Positions 57,051 to 64,000 are shown, numbered from the stretch's first letter. The stretch is 64,000 nt of DNA from Bacteroidota bacterium (GCA_020444275.1 JAHLLG010000002.1:404266-468265), one strand, 5' to 3'. Notes: generated from the letters alone by a model not told the origin. A program made the numbers and translations.

Positions 57051-57940
57051 TGAAAAAGAAAGCATATATTTTCCCTGCATTTATTACTGAATTTACAGGT
57101 AAAGAAATATCTTTTCTTGAAGATCATAACATTGATATCAATACGTATCTGTCCAATATTTCCGAATCTTTAGCTATTGAATTACCAACTTTTTCTTATG
57201 AGCACGAATTTTATAAAGAAGAGCTAAATTCTCAATTAATTGCTTACTCGTTTAGCTGTGCTTTTTCCGATATTTTAAAATCTAAACAGATTATTCCTGA
57301 TTATATCGCCGGATACAGTATGGGAATTTATGCTTCACTTTATGCTTCTGGCAGCATCGATTTTATTCAGGGAGCTCAAATAATATTTAAAGCATATAAT
57401 CTGGTTAAAGCTCTTTCTGACGAAGGATTACACGGTATGGGAGCAGTTGTTGGGTTAACGTATTCAGAATTAAATGAGTTAATCTTAAAACATAATTATG
57501 CTCTGGAGATAATAAACACCAACAACGAGCACTCGTTAGTTCTAGCCGGAAAGAAGAACGATCTTAAAGAACTTTTAACCATAGCTAAAGATTTAGGTGC
57601 ATTATCTGCAGGAGATTTAACCGTAAATACACCATATCATTCCAGATTTTTAAAGCAGTTTGCTGCTCCATTCAGGTGCTTTTTAGATCAGTTGAATATT
57701 TCTGATAGTAAACTGCCTCTAATATCCACGTATGATCAAAAGCTTGTGTTCAAAGTTTCGGATGTAAAGTTGGAGTTAGTAATTAACTTAACGGAATCTA
57801 TTAACTGGGGAAGAACCATGCTTAAATTAATTGATCTTGGAGTGGAAGAGATGTACGAATGTGGAGCAGGTAAGGATTTAAAAAAGATATCGCGTTTTAT
57901 TCATGGTAATTACAAAATCAAATCGGTATATAATATATAA
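57050..57940 (+). CDS. FabD-like acyl-CoA:ACP transacylase, non-canonical specificity residues
   Basis: It aligns to E. coli FabD: 'AGYSMGIYASL' (Ser nucleophile kept, GHSLG becomes GYSMG), 'TPYHSRFL' (His kept) and 'YECGAGK'. 'GQGSQ' is replaced by 'AFITEF', and the Arg of 'EMRGKFM' is replaced in 'IFKAYNLV'. Confidence 0.75.
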   Translation: MKKKAYIFPAFITEFTGKEISFLEDHNIDINTYLSNISESLAIELPTFSYEHEFYKEELNSQLIAYSFSCAFSDILKSKQIIPDYIAGYSMGIYASLYASGSIDFIQGAQIIFKAYNLVKALSDEGLHGMGAVVGLTYSELNELILKHNYALEIINTNNEHSLVLAGKKNDLKELLTIAKDLGALSAGDLTVNTPYHSRFLKQFAAPFRCFLDQLNISDSKLPLISTYDQKLVFKVSDVKLELVINLTESINWGRTMLKLIDLGVEEMYECGAGKDLKKISRFIHGNYKIKSVYNI

Positions 57941-57944
57941 AAAA

Positions 57945-57965
57945 GGAACCTAATTTTGAGGTTCC
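57945..57965. terminator. Bidirectional rho-independent terminator
   Basis: GGAACC-(9 nt)-GGTTCC hairpin, flanked by AAAA upstream and TTTTTTGTTT downstream, between convergent genes. Confidence 0.7.
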
Positions 57966-57989
57966 TTTTTTGTTTAAAATAGTTAATTC

Positions 57990-58604
57990 CTATTTAAAAG
58001 CTTTTTTTACTAAATAAGCACCGAATTCTTTTCCACCTTTTGCATAGGCTTCTGAAATTCTGTAACCAGTATCATAATCATTACCCATAGCGTCGCGTCC
58101 GGGAACTTTTTCCATGGTCATTACGGCTAAAACATTATCACGGTTTTCTGTTTCAGCAAATACAATTTCAAGGTCAATCATTGCATCTTTTCTCATAACG
58201 CCAACATTAAATCCTGGTTCTGTAAACGTAACTTTTACAACCGCAACATATTTTGCATTAATATTGGTTTGATCAATATTGCAATTGGCTTTTGCTAAGT
58301 ATTTATTAGCAAGTTCTTCGAATTTAGGATGGAAACGTCCTTCTCTGTCTGCAACCCAGCTTTCTGCCCATTCATCACCTTTGCCAGGCTCTTTTTCGTT
58401 GTACTCAGCTACTTTTTTGGCTACATAGTCTTCTTCTCTCTCAAATTTGCCAACAGCCATATTACTGTAATCATATTCCACCAATAATTCCGTTTGGCCT
58501 TTCAGGAAATCTAAGTCGCCACGTACAACTTTGATTTTTTGTGCTTGAACATTTGTTGCAACAACTACAATTAGTGCAACTAAAACAGTTTTTAAAATTT
58601 TCAT
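57990..58604 (-). CDS. Hypothetical secreted protein
   Basis: 204 aa with signal peptide 'MKILKTVLVALIVVVATNVQAQ'. No recognisable motif. Confidence 0.55.
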   Translation of the reverse strand: MKILKTVLVALIVVVATNVQAQKIKVVRGDLDFLKGQTELLVEYDYSNMAVGKFEREEDYVAKKVAEYNEKEPGKGDEWAESWVADREGRFHPKFEELANKYLAKANCNIDQTNINAKYVAVVKVTFTEPGFNVGVMRKDAMIDLEIVFAETENRDNVLAVMTMEKVPGRDAMGNDYDTGYRISEAYAKGGKEFGAYLVKKAFK

Positions 58605-58641
58605 ACGAAGTAATTTTTTGTTTGTAATTAAATATTTAAAA

Positions 58642-58818
58642 TTATATAAAAATTGCTAGGGTGCCATGAACCATCGCTGTTATGAATAAAGTAATGCCCA
58701 AACGTCGGTGTAAAGTAAATTTTACTTTAATGATGCGTAGTCCACTTAAAAGTTGAAATAATGCCAGAATAAAATTGATTATTCCTAACCATAAGATGAT
58801 ATTAATTCCAAAAATCAT
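58642..58818 (-). CDS. Small (58-aa) two-TM membrane protein, not in the supplied ORF track
   Basis: My manual translation is MIFGINIILWLGIINFILALFQLLSGLRIIKVKFTLHRRLGITLFITAMVHGTLAIFI*. It has two hydrophobic helices, each followed by or containing a His. It starts 11 nt after the stop of the upstream SOR-like gene. Confidence 0.45.
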   Translation of the reverse strand: MIFGINIILWLGIINFILALFQLLSGLRIIKVKFTLHRRLGITLFITAMVHGTLAIFI

Positions 58819-58829
58819 ATGTTTATGTT

Positions 58830-59207
58830 TTATTTTATTTCAATTTTGACCGAATCAAGGCCTTTAGAACCATGCAGGTTACAATTCCCTTTTGCTTCTA
58901 TGGTTGTTGGGGCGTCAATTTTTAAGGTAAACTCAAGTGTGAAGTTTTCTTCCTCAGGTTTGCTAAAACCACCATATTCCCACTTTTTATATTCTTTGTC
59001 ATTTACTTTTACCCAAACCCAGTTGGTATGATGCAAAAAGTTATTACCACTATGAGTTACTTCAATTTTAATAGTTACTTCAGATCCTTTTTCAACTTTT
59101 TCTGGGGCATCTATTTTTACTGAAGTTTCATTTGCTAGCGAATGAAGAGAGAAAATTAGAATCAATAATAATGAGATTGTACTTGCTTGTAATAATTTCT
59201 TTTTCAT
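58830..59207 (-). CDS. Exported desulfoferrodoxin/neelaredoxin (superoxide reductase)-like domain protein
   Basis: 125 aa with a signal peptide. 'EVTHSGNNFLHHTNWVWVKV' and 'GNCNLHGSKG' parallel the SOR 'H-x6-HH(I/Y)..I' and 'CN.HG' Fe-ligand motifs. 'PEKVEKG' sits where SOR has 'EKHVP'. Confidence 0.6.
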   Translation of the reverse strand: MKKKLLQASTISLLLILIFSLHSLANETSVKIDAPEKVEKGSEVTIKIEVTHSGNNFLHHTNWVWVKVNDKEYKKWEYGGFSKPEEENFTLEFTLKIDAPTTIEAKGNCNLHGSKGLDSVKIEIK

Positions 59208-59243
59208 AATATTTTAGTTTGAATTTGAATTATTGGTCAAGTA

Positions 59244-59621
59244 TTATTCTACACTAACAGTAAATTTATCTTCTCCTTTAGATCCATGTTTGTTGCAATT
59301 ACCTTCTGCAACTATTTCGAGGTTAGCATTGGCAATTATTTTATATTCTAAAGTGAAGTTTTGGTCGTCAGGCAGGTTGTCTTTTGAATATTCCCATCGC
59401 TTAACTTCTTCGCCGTTAACTTTCAACGAAACCCAGTCGGTGTAGTGTCCTTTTGTATTTCCAATATGTTTAACTTCAATTTTAACAGTTACTTCTGTCC
59501 CTTTTTTTACTTTTTCCGGAGCAACAATTGTTACAGATGTTTTATTGGCAAAAACTCCTGAAGAGATTAGCAGAAGAGCCATTAATGCAAAAATACCTAA
59601 TAAAGTGTTTTTTCTTTTCAT
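59244..59621 (-). CDS. Exported desulfoferrodoxin/neelaredoxin-like domain protein (tandem paralog)
   Basis: 125 aa with a signal peptide. Motifs 'EVKHIGNTKGHYTDWVSLKV', 'GNCNKHGSKG' and 'PEKVKKG'. Confidence 0.6.
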   Translation of the reverse strand: MKRKNTLLGIFALMALLLISSGVFANKTSVTIVAPEKVKKGTEVTVKIEVKHIGNTKGHYTDWVSLKVNGEEVKRWEYSKDNLPDDQNFTLEYKIIANANLEIVAEGNCNKHGSKGEDKFTVSVE

Positions 59622-59652
59622 AGTATGATTCCCCTTTTTAGTGATAAGCTAA

Positions 59653-59721
59653 TTTACTAAAAAAAGAATATAAATGGTTATTTTTTATGAAATTGGGATT
59701 AATTTTTACTAAAAAAAGAAT
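59653..59721. repeat. 17-nt exact direct repeat pair in an intergenic region
   Basis: TTTACTAAAAAAAGAAT occurs at 59653-59669 and again at 59705-59721, between the rSAM gene and the first SOR-like gene. Confidence 0.7.
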
Positions 59722-59740
59722 CATACAAATACTTTAAGTA

Positions 59741-61081
59741 TTAAATTACATCTGTACCTTTCTTTATTAACCATAGCTTACCAACATTTTCATAAAATTT
59801 TTCCAGAGGTAACTTGGTTTTAAGAACACTATTGAAAAAGTTATATTTTGTGAGATCAAAATCAATAATTTGCTCTTTTACTTCATCATAGAAAGGTGTA
59901 CCAGGCATTGGTGTTAAAATGGTATATCCGGCATACGTTACTTTGTGAGAGCTGGTATATTCAGATAAGGCTTTAAAGTCAGATTCATCGTAATCATTAG
60001 GTATTACATAATTACCTCTTAGCATGATGTCATTTTTATGAAAAATATCAATAGCTTCATGTATTAACCTAGCTTCGGCACTTTTGTTATATCTTTTCAA
60101 CTCTTCTTCTCTAAACGATTCAAAACCACAGATCACTACTTTTAAACCATTCCTTGCTAGTTTTTCAATTAATTTTGGATGTTTAACAGCCGTATCTGTT
60201 CTAATGTCCATGATATAGGTTTTCTTAATACCTTCCTGTTCTATTCTATCAAACAGATAATCAATAACCTTTTCGTTAACAATGGTATTGGCATCGGCAA
60301 AACGAACAATGTTATAGTCAATCTGCTTTAACTCGGTGATTATACTTTCCACATCACGCTGCAAATATTTTCCATGATACTGGCACCAAATAGAGCAAAA
60401 AGTACATTTGTATGGACAACCCAATGAAGTAAACAAATAAGTTGATGGTTCATTTGCATTTCCTACAATATAGCTGTCCCGCCAGGGCTCAACTAATTTT
60501 CGGTTCGGCATCAAAAAATCTTCTTTGGCCGAGTTAAAATCATATCTCCTTAGTTTCGTTTTTTTTAGCTCACCATTATGATTGATGATGATTCCCGGAA
60601 TATGATCAAATGTCTTATTTTTTTCTTTAGCTTGTATAACTTCTCTGAAAATGTGCGCTGATTGTCCTGGAAGAACAAGGTCTACCGATGGATCTGAAAA
60701 ATCGGTGGGAGATGAGGTAGCATGTAGTCCGCCGGCTACAGTTAAAATTTGAGGATTGAACGATTTTACAGTTTTAAAAATTTCTATGGCGTAATCAAAT
60801 TCTGAAGCAATGGTAGTTGTTCCAACAACATCGGGTTGATGTTCATTTAATAATTTAAGTACTAACTCTTGTAATGGTGGAGTAGTTTCCGGGTACAAAT
60901 CATACTGACCTTTAGTTTCAAAAAAAACTACATCATAATCTTTAACTGCTTCGGCAACGGTTAATAGTCCTAATGGCGGACCAATTAATTTTTTATGAAT
61001 ATATTTTTTGGCTTCTGCAGGTGCAGATTCAAGAATCATATTATGAGGTGAACGCGGTGTATTAATTAATAGAATTTTCAT
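59741..61081 (-). CDS. B12-binding-domain radical SAM protein
   Basis: N-terminal B12-binding-like region ('MKILLINTP...'). CX3CX2C motif 'GCPYKCTFCSIW'. 446 aa. Confidence 0.85.
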   Translation of the reverse strand: MKILLINTPRSPHNMILESAPAEAKKYIHKKLIGPPLGLLTVAEAVKDYDVVFFETKGQYDLYPETTPPLQELVLKLLNEHQPDVVGTTTIASEFDYAIEIFKTVKSFNPQILTVAGGLHATSSPTDFSDPSVDLVLPGQSAHIFREVIQAKEKNKTFDHIPGIIINHNGELKKTKLRRYDFNSAKEDFLMPNRKLVEPWRDSYIVGNANEPSTYLFTSLGCPYKCTFCSIWCQYHGKYLQRDVESIITELKQIDYNIVRFADANTIVNEKVIDYLFDRIEQEGIKKTYIMDIRTDTAVKHPKLIEKLARNGLKVVICGFESFREEELKRYNKSAEARLIHEAIDIFHKNDIMLRGNYVIPNDYDESDFKALSEYTSSHKVTYAGYTILTPMPGTPFYDEVKEQIIDFDLTKYNFFNSVLKTKLPLEKFYENVGKLWLIKKGTDVI

Positions 61082-61159
61082 GCTAACCGAAGTAAAACGT
61101 AAGCTGCGAATATACTAAAAAGATTATTAAAGATTAGAATTACGACTTTTCAGTTGTCT

Positions 61160-63514
61160 TTAAAATTGTATTCTGTAGCTTGCCATAGGATACAATGCCA
61201 TTTCGTAATTATGATAAATTTTACCTGTTAATGGATCAATTCTTTGTTCGTAAACACTGGTATAGTTTGTTCGATACTGGAGATCCATAGCAATTTCAAC
61301 GTTGAATTTTGGCTTATTTCTACGTATCCCCAATCGTAAGTTAACTCTAAAATAATCTTCTTGTCTGTGTTCATACGCATGGTCCCAATCTAAAACTTCT
61401 TCGCGTTGAGCAATAGTTGCTTCCACATCGTATGGTACATAAGGGCGCCCACCTGCATATGTGGTCTTCAGACCTATAATAAAAGCGTTGGTTTTGCGCA
61501 GTGGTATTTCATAACCACCAAGCACATTAATAGCAAAATTACCATTAAATGCTGTATTCCTTTCCTTACCATCATATCCTCTATAAGTTGATTCGTAGAG
61601 TGATGTTGTAAGTAAGAAGTAGAAATTATCTTCAAAAAATCGCTCTAATGTGAGCTCGATACCATAGTTTTCACCAGTTCCATCATTGGTTAAGCTATCC
61701 ACTCGTTCGATAAAATATTCTGCGCCAAAATTAAGTACCGAATATTCCGGTTGACTGGGTTTTACAGGAATATCGTAAAGGTACTGATAGTACGTTTCGA
61801 ACTTTAATCTGAGATTATCGCTAAACAGATGATCATATCCAATAACAAACTGGTGACTCTTTGTTAAATCAAGATTTTTATTGGTATATACATAAGATCC
61901 ATCGTCCAATTTTGTTTGTGTAAAATAGATTACGCGCAGTTGCGCCTGACTGTGCAATCCATAACCCATTTTAAATGAGTTTCTGGAATTTATAGTCCAG
62001 TTAAAACCTAAGCGTGGTTCGATGGAATAAGTGTCGTTTAAATCTAAATACTGAAAGTTAATTCCGGAATAGAGATCAATGTAATTTGTAAATTTGTGTT
62101 TAAACTGCGCATATGCCTGAAACATATCAAACTGTTCATTTCTTACGTCAGTATCAACTTGAAAAACGCCATTGTTAATGGTGCTATCTTCAAAACTTAC
62201 AAAATAACGATCTACCTTTATACCGTAATTCAGAATGTTTTTATTATTAAGCTTGGTATTTATATGTGATGTCAGACTAGCTTTTACTTCAGATGATTTT
62301 TCACCTGCCCAGTTACCAATTAGCTCAGGATCGAGATAGAATGTGTCAATTTGTGTTGTAACAGCTGATCCATAAAGTGATACTGCGGTTTGCATACGTG
62401 TTTTTGTTCCAAAGAAATGAACATATGACAGAGCCAATGAACCTATGTCAGAACCATTACTGAGATCTTCTCCCCAGTCATCAAATGACCATTCACTTTG
62501 ATCATCATTAGAATCAAACATTTCAATATAGCTTTTCCCGCCCAAACCAACCAGGCTTAATCTTCCTTTTTTCATTGGAAAATTAAGTTTAACGGTTAAG
62601 TCCTGGTATTTTGTAGTTTCCACTTCGGCACCCAAAAGATCAATAATGTCAACCATCGAATATCGATAGGAAATTAAATATGATGCATTGGAATTTTTAG
62701 AGAAAGGTCCTTCGGTTCCAAATTCTAAACCATTATAACCAAATTCCAACCAGTGTTCTCTTTTTTCGTTATTTCCGGTGCGCATTTTCATATCAAAAAC
62801 ACCTGCTAAAGCATTACCATATTCAGCAGGAAATGCTCCGGTAAAGAAATCTGAATTGCTTAACAAATTATTATTCAAAATAGTTATTGGTCCTCCTGTG
62901 GTCCCCGATGCAGCAAAATGATTCGGATTCGGAATTTCAATACCATCTAATCGCCATAGTAATCCTGTGGATGAATTACCACGAATAATAATATCATTTC
63001 TGTTATCGCGTACCGACATAACTCCTGCATAGTTTGCAGCCATGCGTGCCGGATCATCATAACTTCCGGGGTATCTGCTCGTTTCTTCAACGGTAAATGA
63101 CCGGGCACTTACAGTTGCCATTTTATTGATAGGTTTGTCTTTTTGAACGGTAGCTTTTATAACAACTTCATCGAGCTCGGTAACTGATTCTTCTAATTCT
63201 ATTTTAAGGATTTTTTCTTTAGCTGAGCTAATGGTAATATTGTCAAGAGCTTGTGTTTTGTAACCTACGTAGCTGGCTTGAATAGTTTGCCTGCCCACAG
63301 GAACATTATCAAAACGAAAGGTTCCATTCTCATCACTTATGGTACCTTGTTGCGGACTTGTATTTGGCAAAATGATATTCACCCCGGAAAGTGGTATCTG
63401 AGTTTCTCTGTCTACTACAACACCTCGTAATGTTTGTGTAAGTATTTTTTGTGCAAAACCAGATAAAACAGGTATGCTAACTAAACAGATAAGCAACAAA
63501 AGTTTTTGCTTCAT
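61160..63514 (-). CDS. TonB-dependent receptor with N-terminal carboxypeptidase-regulatory-like domain
   Basis: 784 aa. Signal peptide, then 'LRGVVVDRETQIPLSGVNIILPN...GTFRFDNVPVG' (CarboxypepD_reg). The plug region has 'IIIRGNSSTGLLWRLDGIEI'. The beta-barrel ends in 'SYRIQF'. Confidence 0.9.
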   Translation of the reverse strand: MKQKLLLLICLVSIPVLSGFAQKILTQTLRGVVVDRETQIPLSGVNIILPNTSPQQGTISDENGTFRFDNVPVGRQTIQASYVGYKTQALDNITISSAKEKILKIELEESVTELDEVVIKATVQKDKPINKMATVSARSFTVEETSRYPGSYDDPARMAANYAGVMSVRDNRNDIIIRGNSSTGLLWRLDGIEIPNPNHFAASGTTGGPITILNNNLLSNSDFFTGAFPAEYGNALAGVFDMKMRTGNNEKREHWLEFGYNGLEFGTEGPFSKNSNASYLISYRYSMVDIIDLLGAEVETTKYQDLTVKLNFPMKKGRLSLVGLGGKSYIEMFDSNDDQSEWSFDDWGEDLSNGSDIGSLALSYVHFFGTKTRMQTAVSLYGSAVTTQIDTFYLDPELIGNWAGEKSSEVKASLTSHINTKLNNKNILNYGIKVDRYFVSFEDSTINNGVFQVDTDVRNEQFDMFQAYAQFKHKFTNYIDLYSGINFQYLDLNDTYSIEPRLGFNWTINSRNSFKMGYGLHSQAQLRVIYFTQTKLDDGSYVYTNKNLDLTKSHQFVIGYDHLFSDNLRLKFETYYQYLYDIPVKPSQPEYSVLNFGAEYFIERVDSLTNDGTGENYGIELTLERFFEDNFYFLLTTSLYESTYRGYDGKERNTAFNGNFAINVLGGYEIPLRKTNAFIIGLKTTYAGGRPYVPYDVEATIAQREEVLDWDHAYEHRQEDYFRVNLRLGIRRNKPKFNVEIAMDLQYRTNYTSVYEQRIDPLTGKIYHNYEMALYPMASYRIQF

Positions 63515-63560
63515 TACTATTTTGGTTCTTAATTAGATATGTAAAGCAAATATATAAGAA

Positions 63561-64000
63561 TTATTGATTTGTTTTGATAGAAAATCCTGCCTGTTCCAGA
63601 ATATTTCCCAGCTGAACATATTTTCCATGCGAATAGGCCATGAGTTCGTTGTGTTGCATATTAATCGTATTATTCGTATCGATATAATCTTCAGCAACCT
63701 GGATATTAACCACTTCAGCCAAAAACATATCATGTGATCCCAACTCTTTTATTTCTGTTACTTTACATTCAATATTGATAGGCGATTCTTTAATAACAGG
63801 CGCGCTAACTTCTTTTCCTTTTTCCGGGGTTAAATTCATCTCTTTGAATTTATTATAGTCACGTCCTGATCTGCGTCCGCAAAAATCGGCTGCTCTAACC
63901 AAATCTTTGGTAGAATAATTAATAACAAACTCTTTGTTTCGTTCGATAATTGCATGTGAGTGCCTGTCTTTCCGAATAGAAACATAACACATTGGTGGTA
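63561..64000 (-). CDS. Flavin reductase-like (FMN-binding split-barrel) protein, 5' end beyond window
   Basis: The reading frame stays open to the window edge ('..PPMCYVSIRKDRHSH..'). 'FVINYSTKDL' and 'SPINIECKV' fit the flavin reductase domain pattern. Confidence 0.65.
   Translation of the reverse strand, partial: PPMCYVSIRKDRHSHAIIERNKEFVINYSTKDLVRAADFCGRRSGRDYNKFKEMNLTPEKGKEVSAPVIKESPINIECKVTEIKELGSHDMFLAEVVNIQVAEDYIDTNNTINMQHNELMAYSHGKYVQLGNILEQAGFSIKTNQ

Noticed and set aside
61082-63560. Looked for a cobalamin riboswitch or other leader upstream of the TonB-dependent receptor and B12-rSAM genes
   Set aside because: Only 46 nt and 78 nt of spacer are available. I saw no B12-box-like 'GCCACTG'-type core, and the spacers are too short for a riboswitch.
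1-64000. Genomic island, prophage or mobile element interpretation of the accessory-looking regions
   Set aside because: I found no integrase, transposase, recombinase, tRNA attachment site, terminal inverted repeats or phage structural genes. Composition looks uniform by eye. The 'FSG.F.DL...P' motif of the big surface protein recalls tail-fibre-like proteins, but it has no phage context.

Overview
AT-rich chromosomal segment that looks like Bacteroidota (inference from gene content: flexirubin/aryl-polyene genes, TonB-dependent receptor with a CarboxypepD_reg-type N-terminus, PKD/Fib_succ lipoproteins, LolA-like and T9SS-era surface proteins). I saw no rRNA, tRNA, CRISPR array, transposase or integrase.

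Layout:
- (i) 344-5882: an orphan SiaB/SiaC-like partner-switch pair, plus a three-gene operon ending in a 1027-aa ABCG-like ATPase/permease fusion.
- (ii) 6082-11478: a MATE pump, a 1032-aa Cys/Asp-rich repeat surface protein, and OsmC.
- (iii) 11641-18067: an unusual CoA/ACP-hybrid lipid cluster. It holds a thioesterase, two crotonases, a degenerate AcpS-like protein, a KAS III-like enzyme lacking the His/Asn motifs, an embedded OM beta-barrel, a 3-hydroxyacyl-CoA dehydrogenase and a KS, but no ACP gene.
- (iv) 18142-23085: rsgA, two GNATs, and two tandem mosaic PKD/Fib_succ lipoprotein paralogs.
- (v) 23109-51352: a roughly 28-kb, almost gap-free minus-strand flexirubin-like/aryl-polyene type II PKS cluster. 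It contains an MIO ammonia-lyase, KR, 3 KS plus a CLF, 2 ACPs, hotdog dehydratases, a thioesterase, LpxL-like acyltransferase, B12-rSAM, ABC exporter, BtrH-like protein, LolA-like protein, deacetylase, GT2, a trifunctional MMPL/acyltransferase/methyltransferase, FAD oxidoreductase, C45 peptidase and a PaaK-like ligase.
- (vi) 51708-57940: a divergently transcribed accessory sub-cluster (HTH, BtrH-like, ACP, sulfotransferase, B12-rSAM, unknown, ACP, AcpS-type PPTase, FabD-like acyltransferase lacking the malonyl-binding Arg). I consider this the best candidate for an undescribed pathway.
- (vii) 57990-63514: a minus-strand operon of a TonB-dependent receptor, a third B12-rSAM, two signal-peptide-bearing desulfoferrodoxin/neelaredoxin-like proteins lacking one His ligand, an ORF-track-missed 58-aa His-containing membrane protein, and a secreted protein.
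- The window ends inside a flavin reductase gene.

All functional calls come from motif reading by eye. No database search was run.
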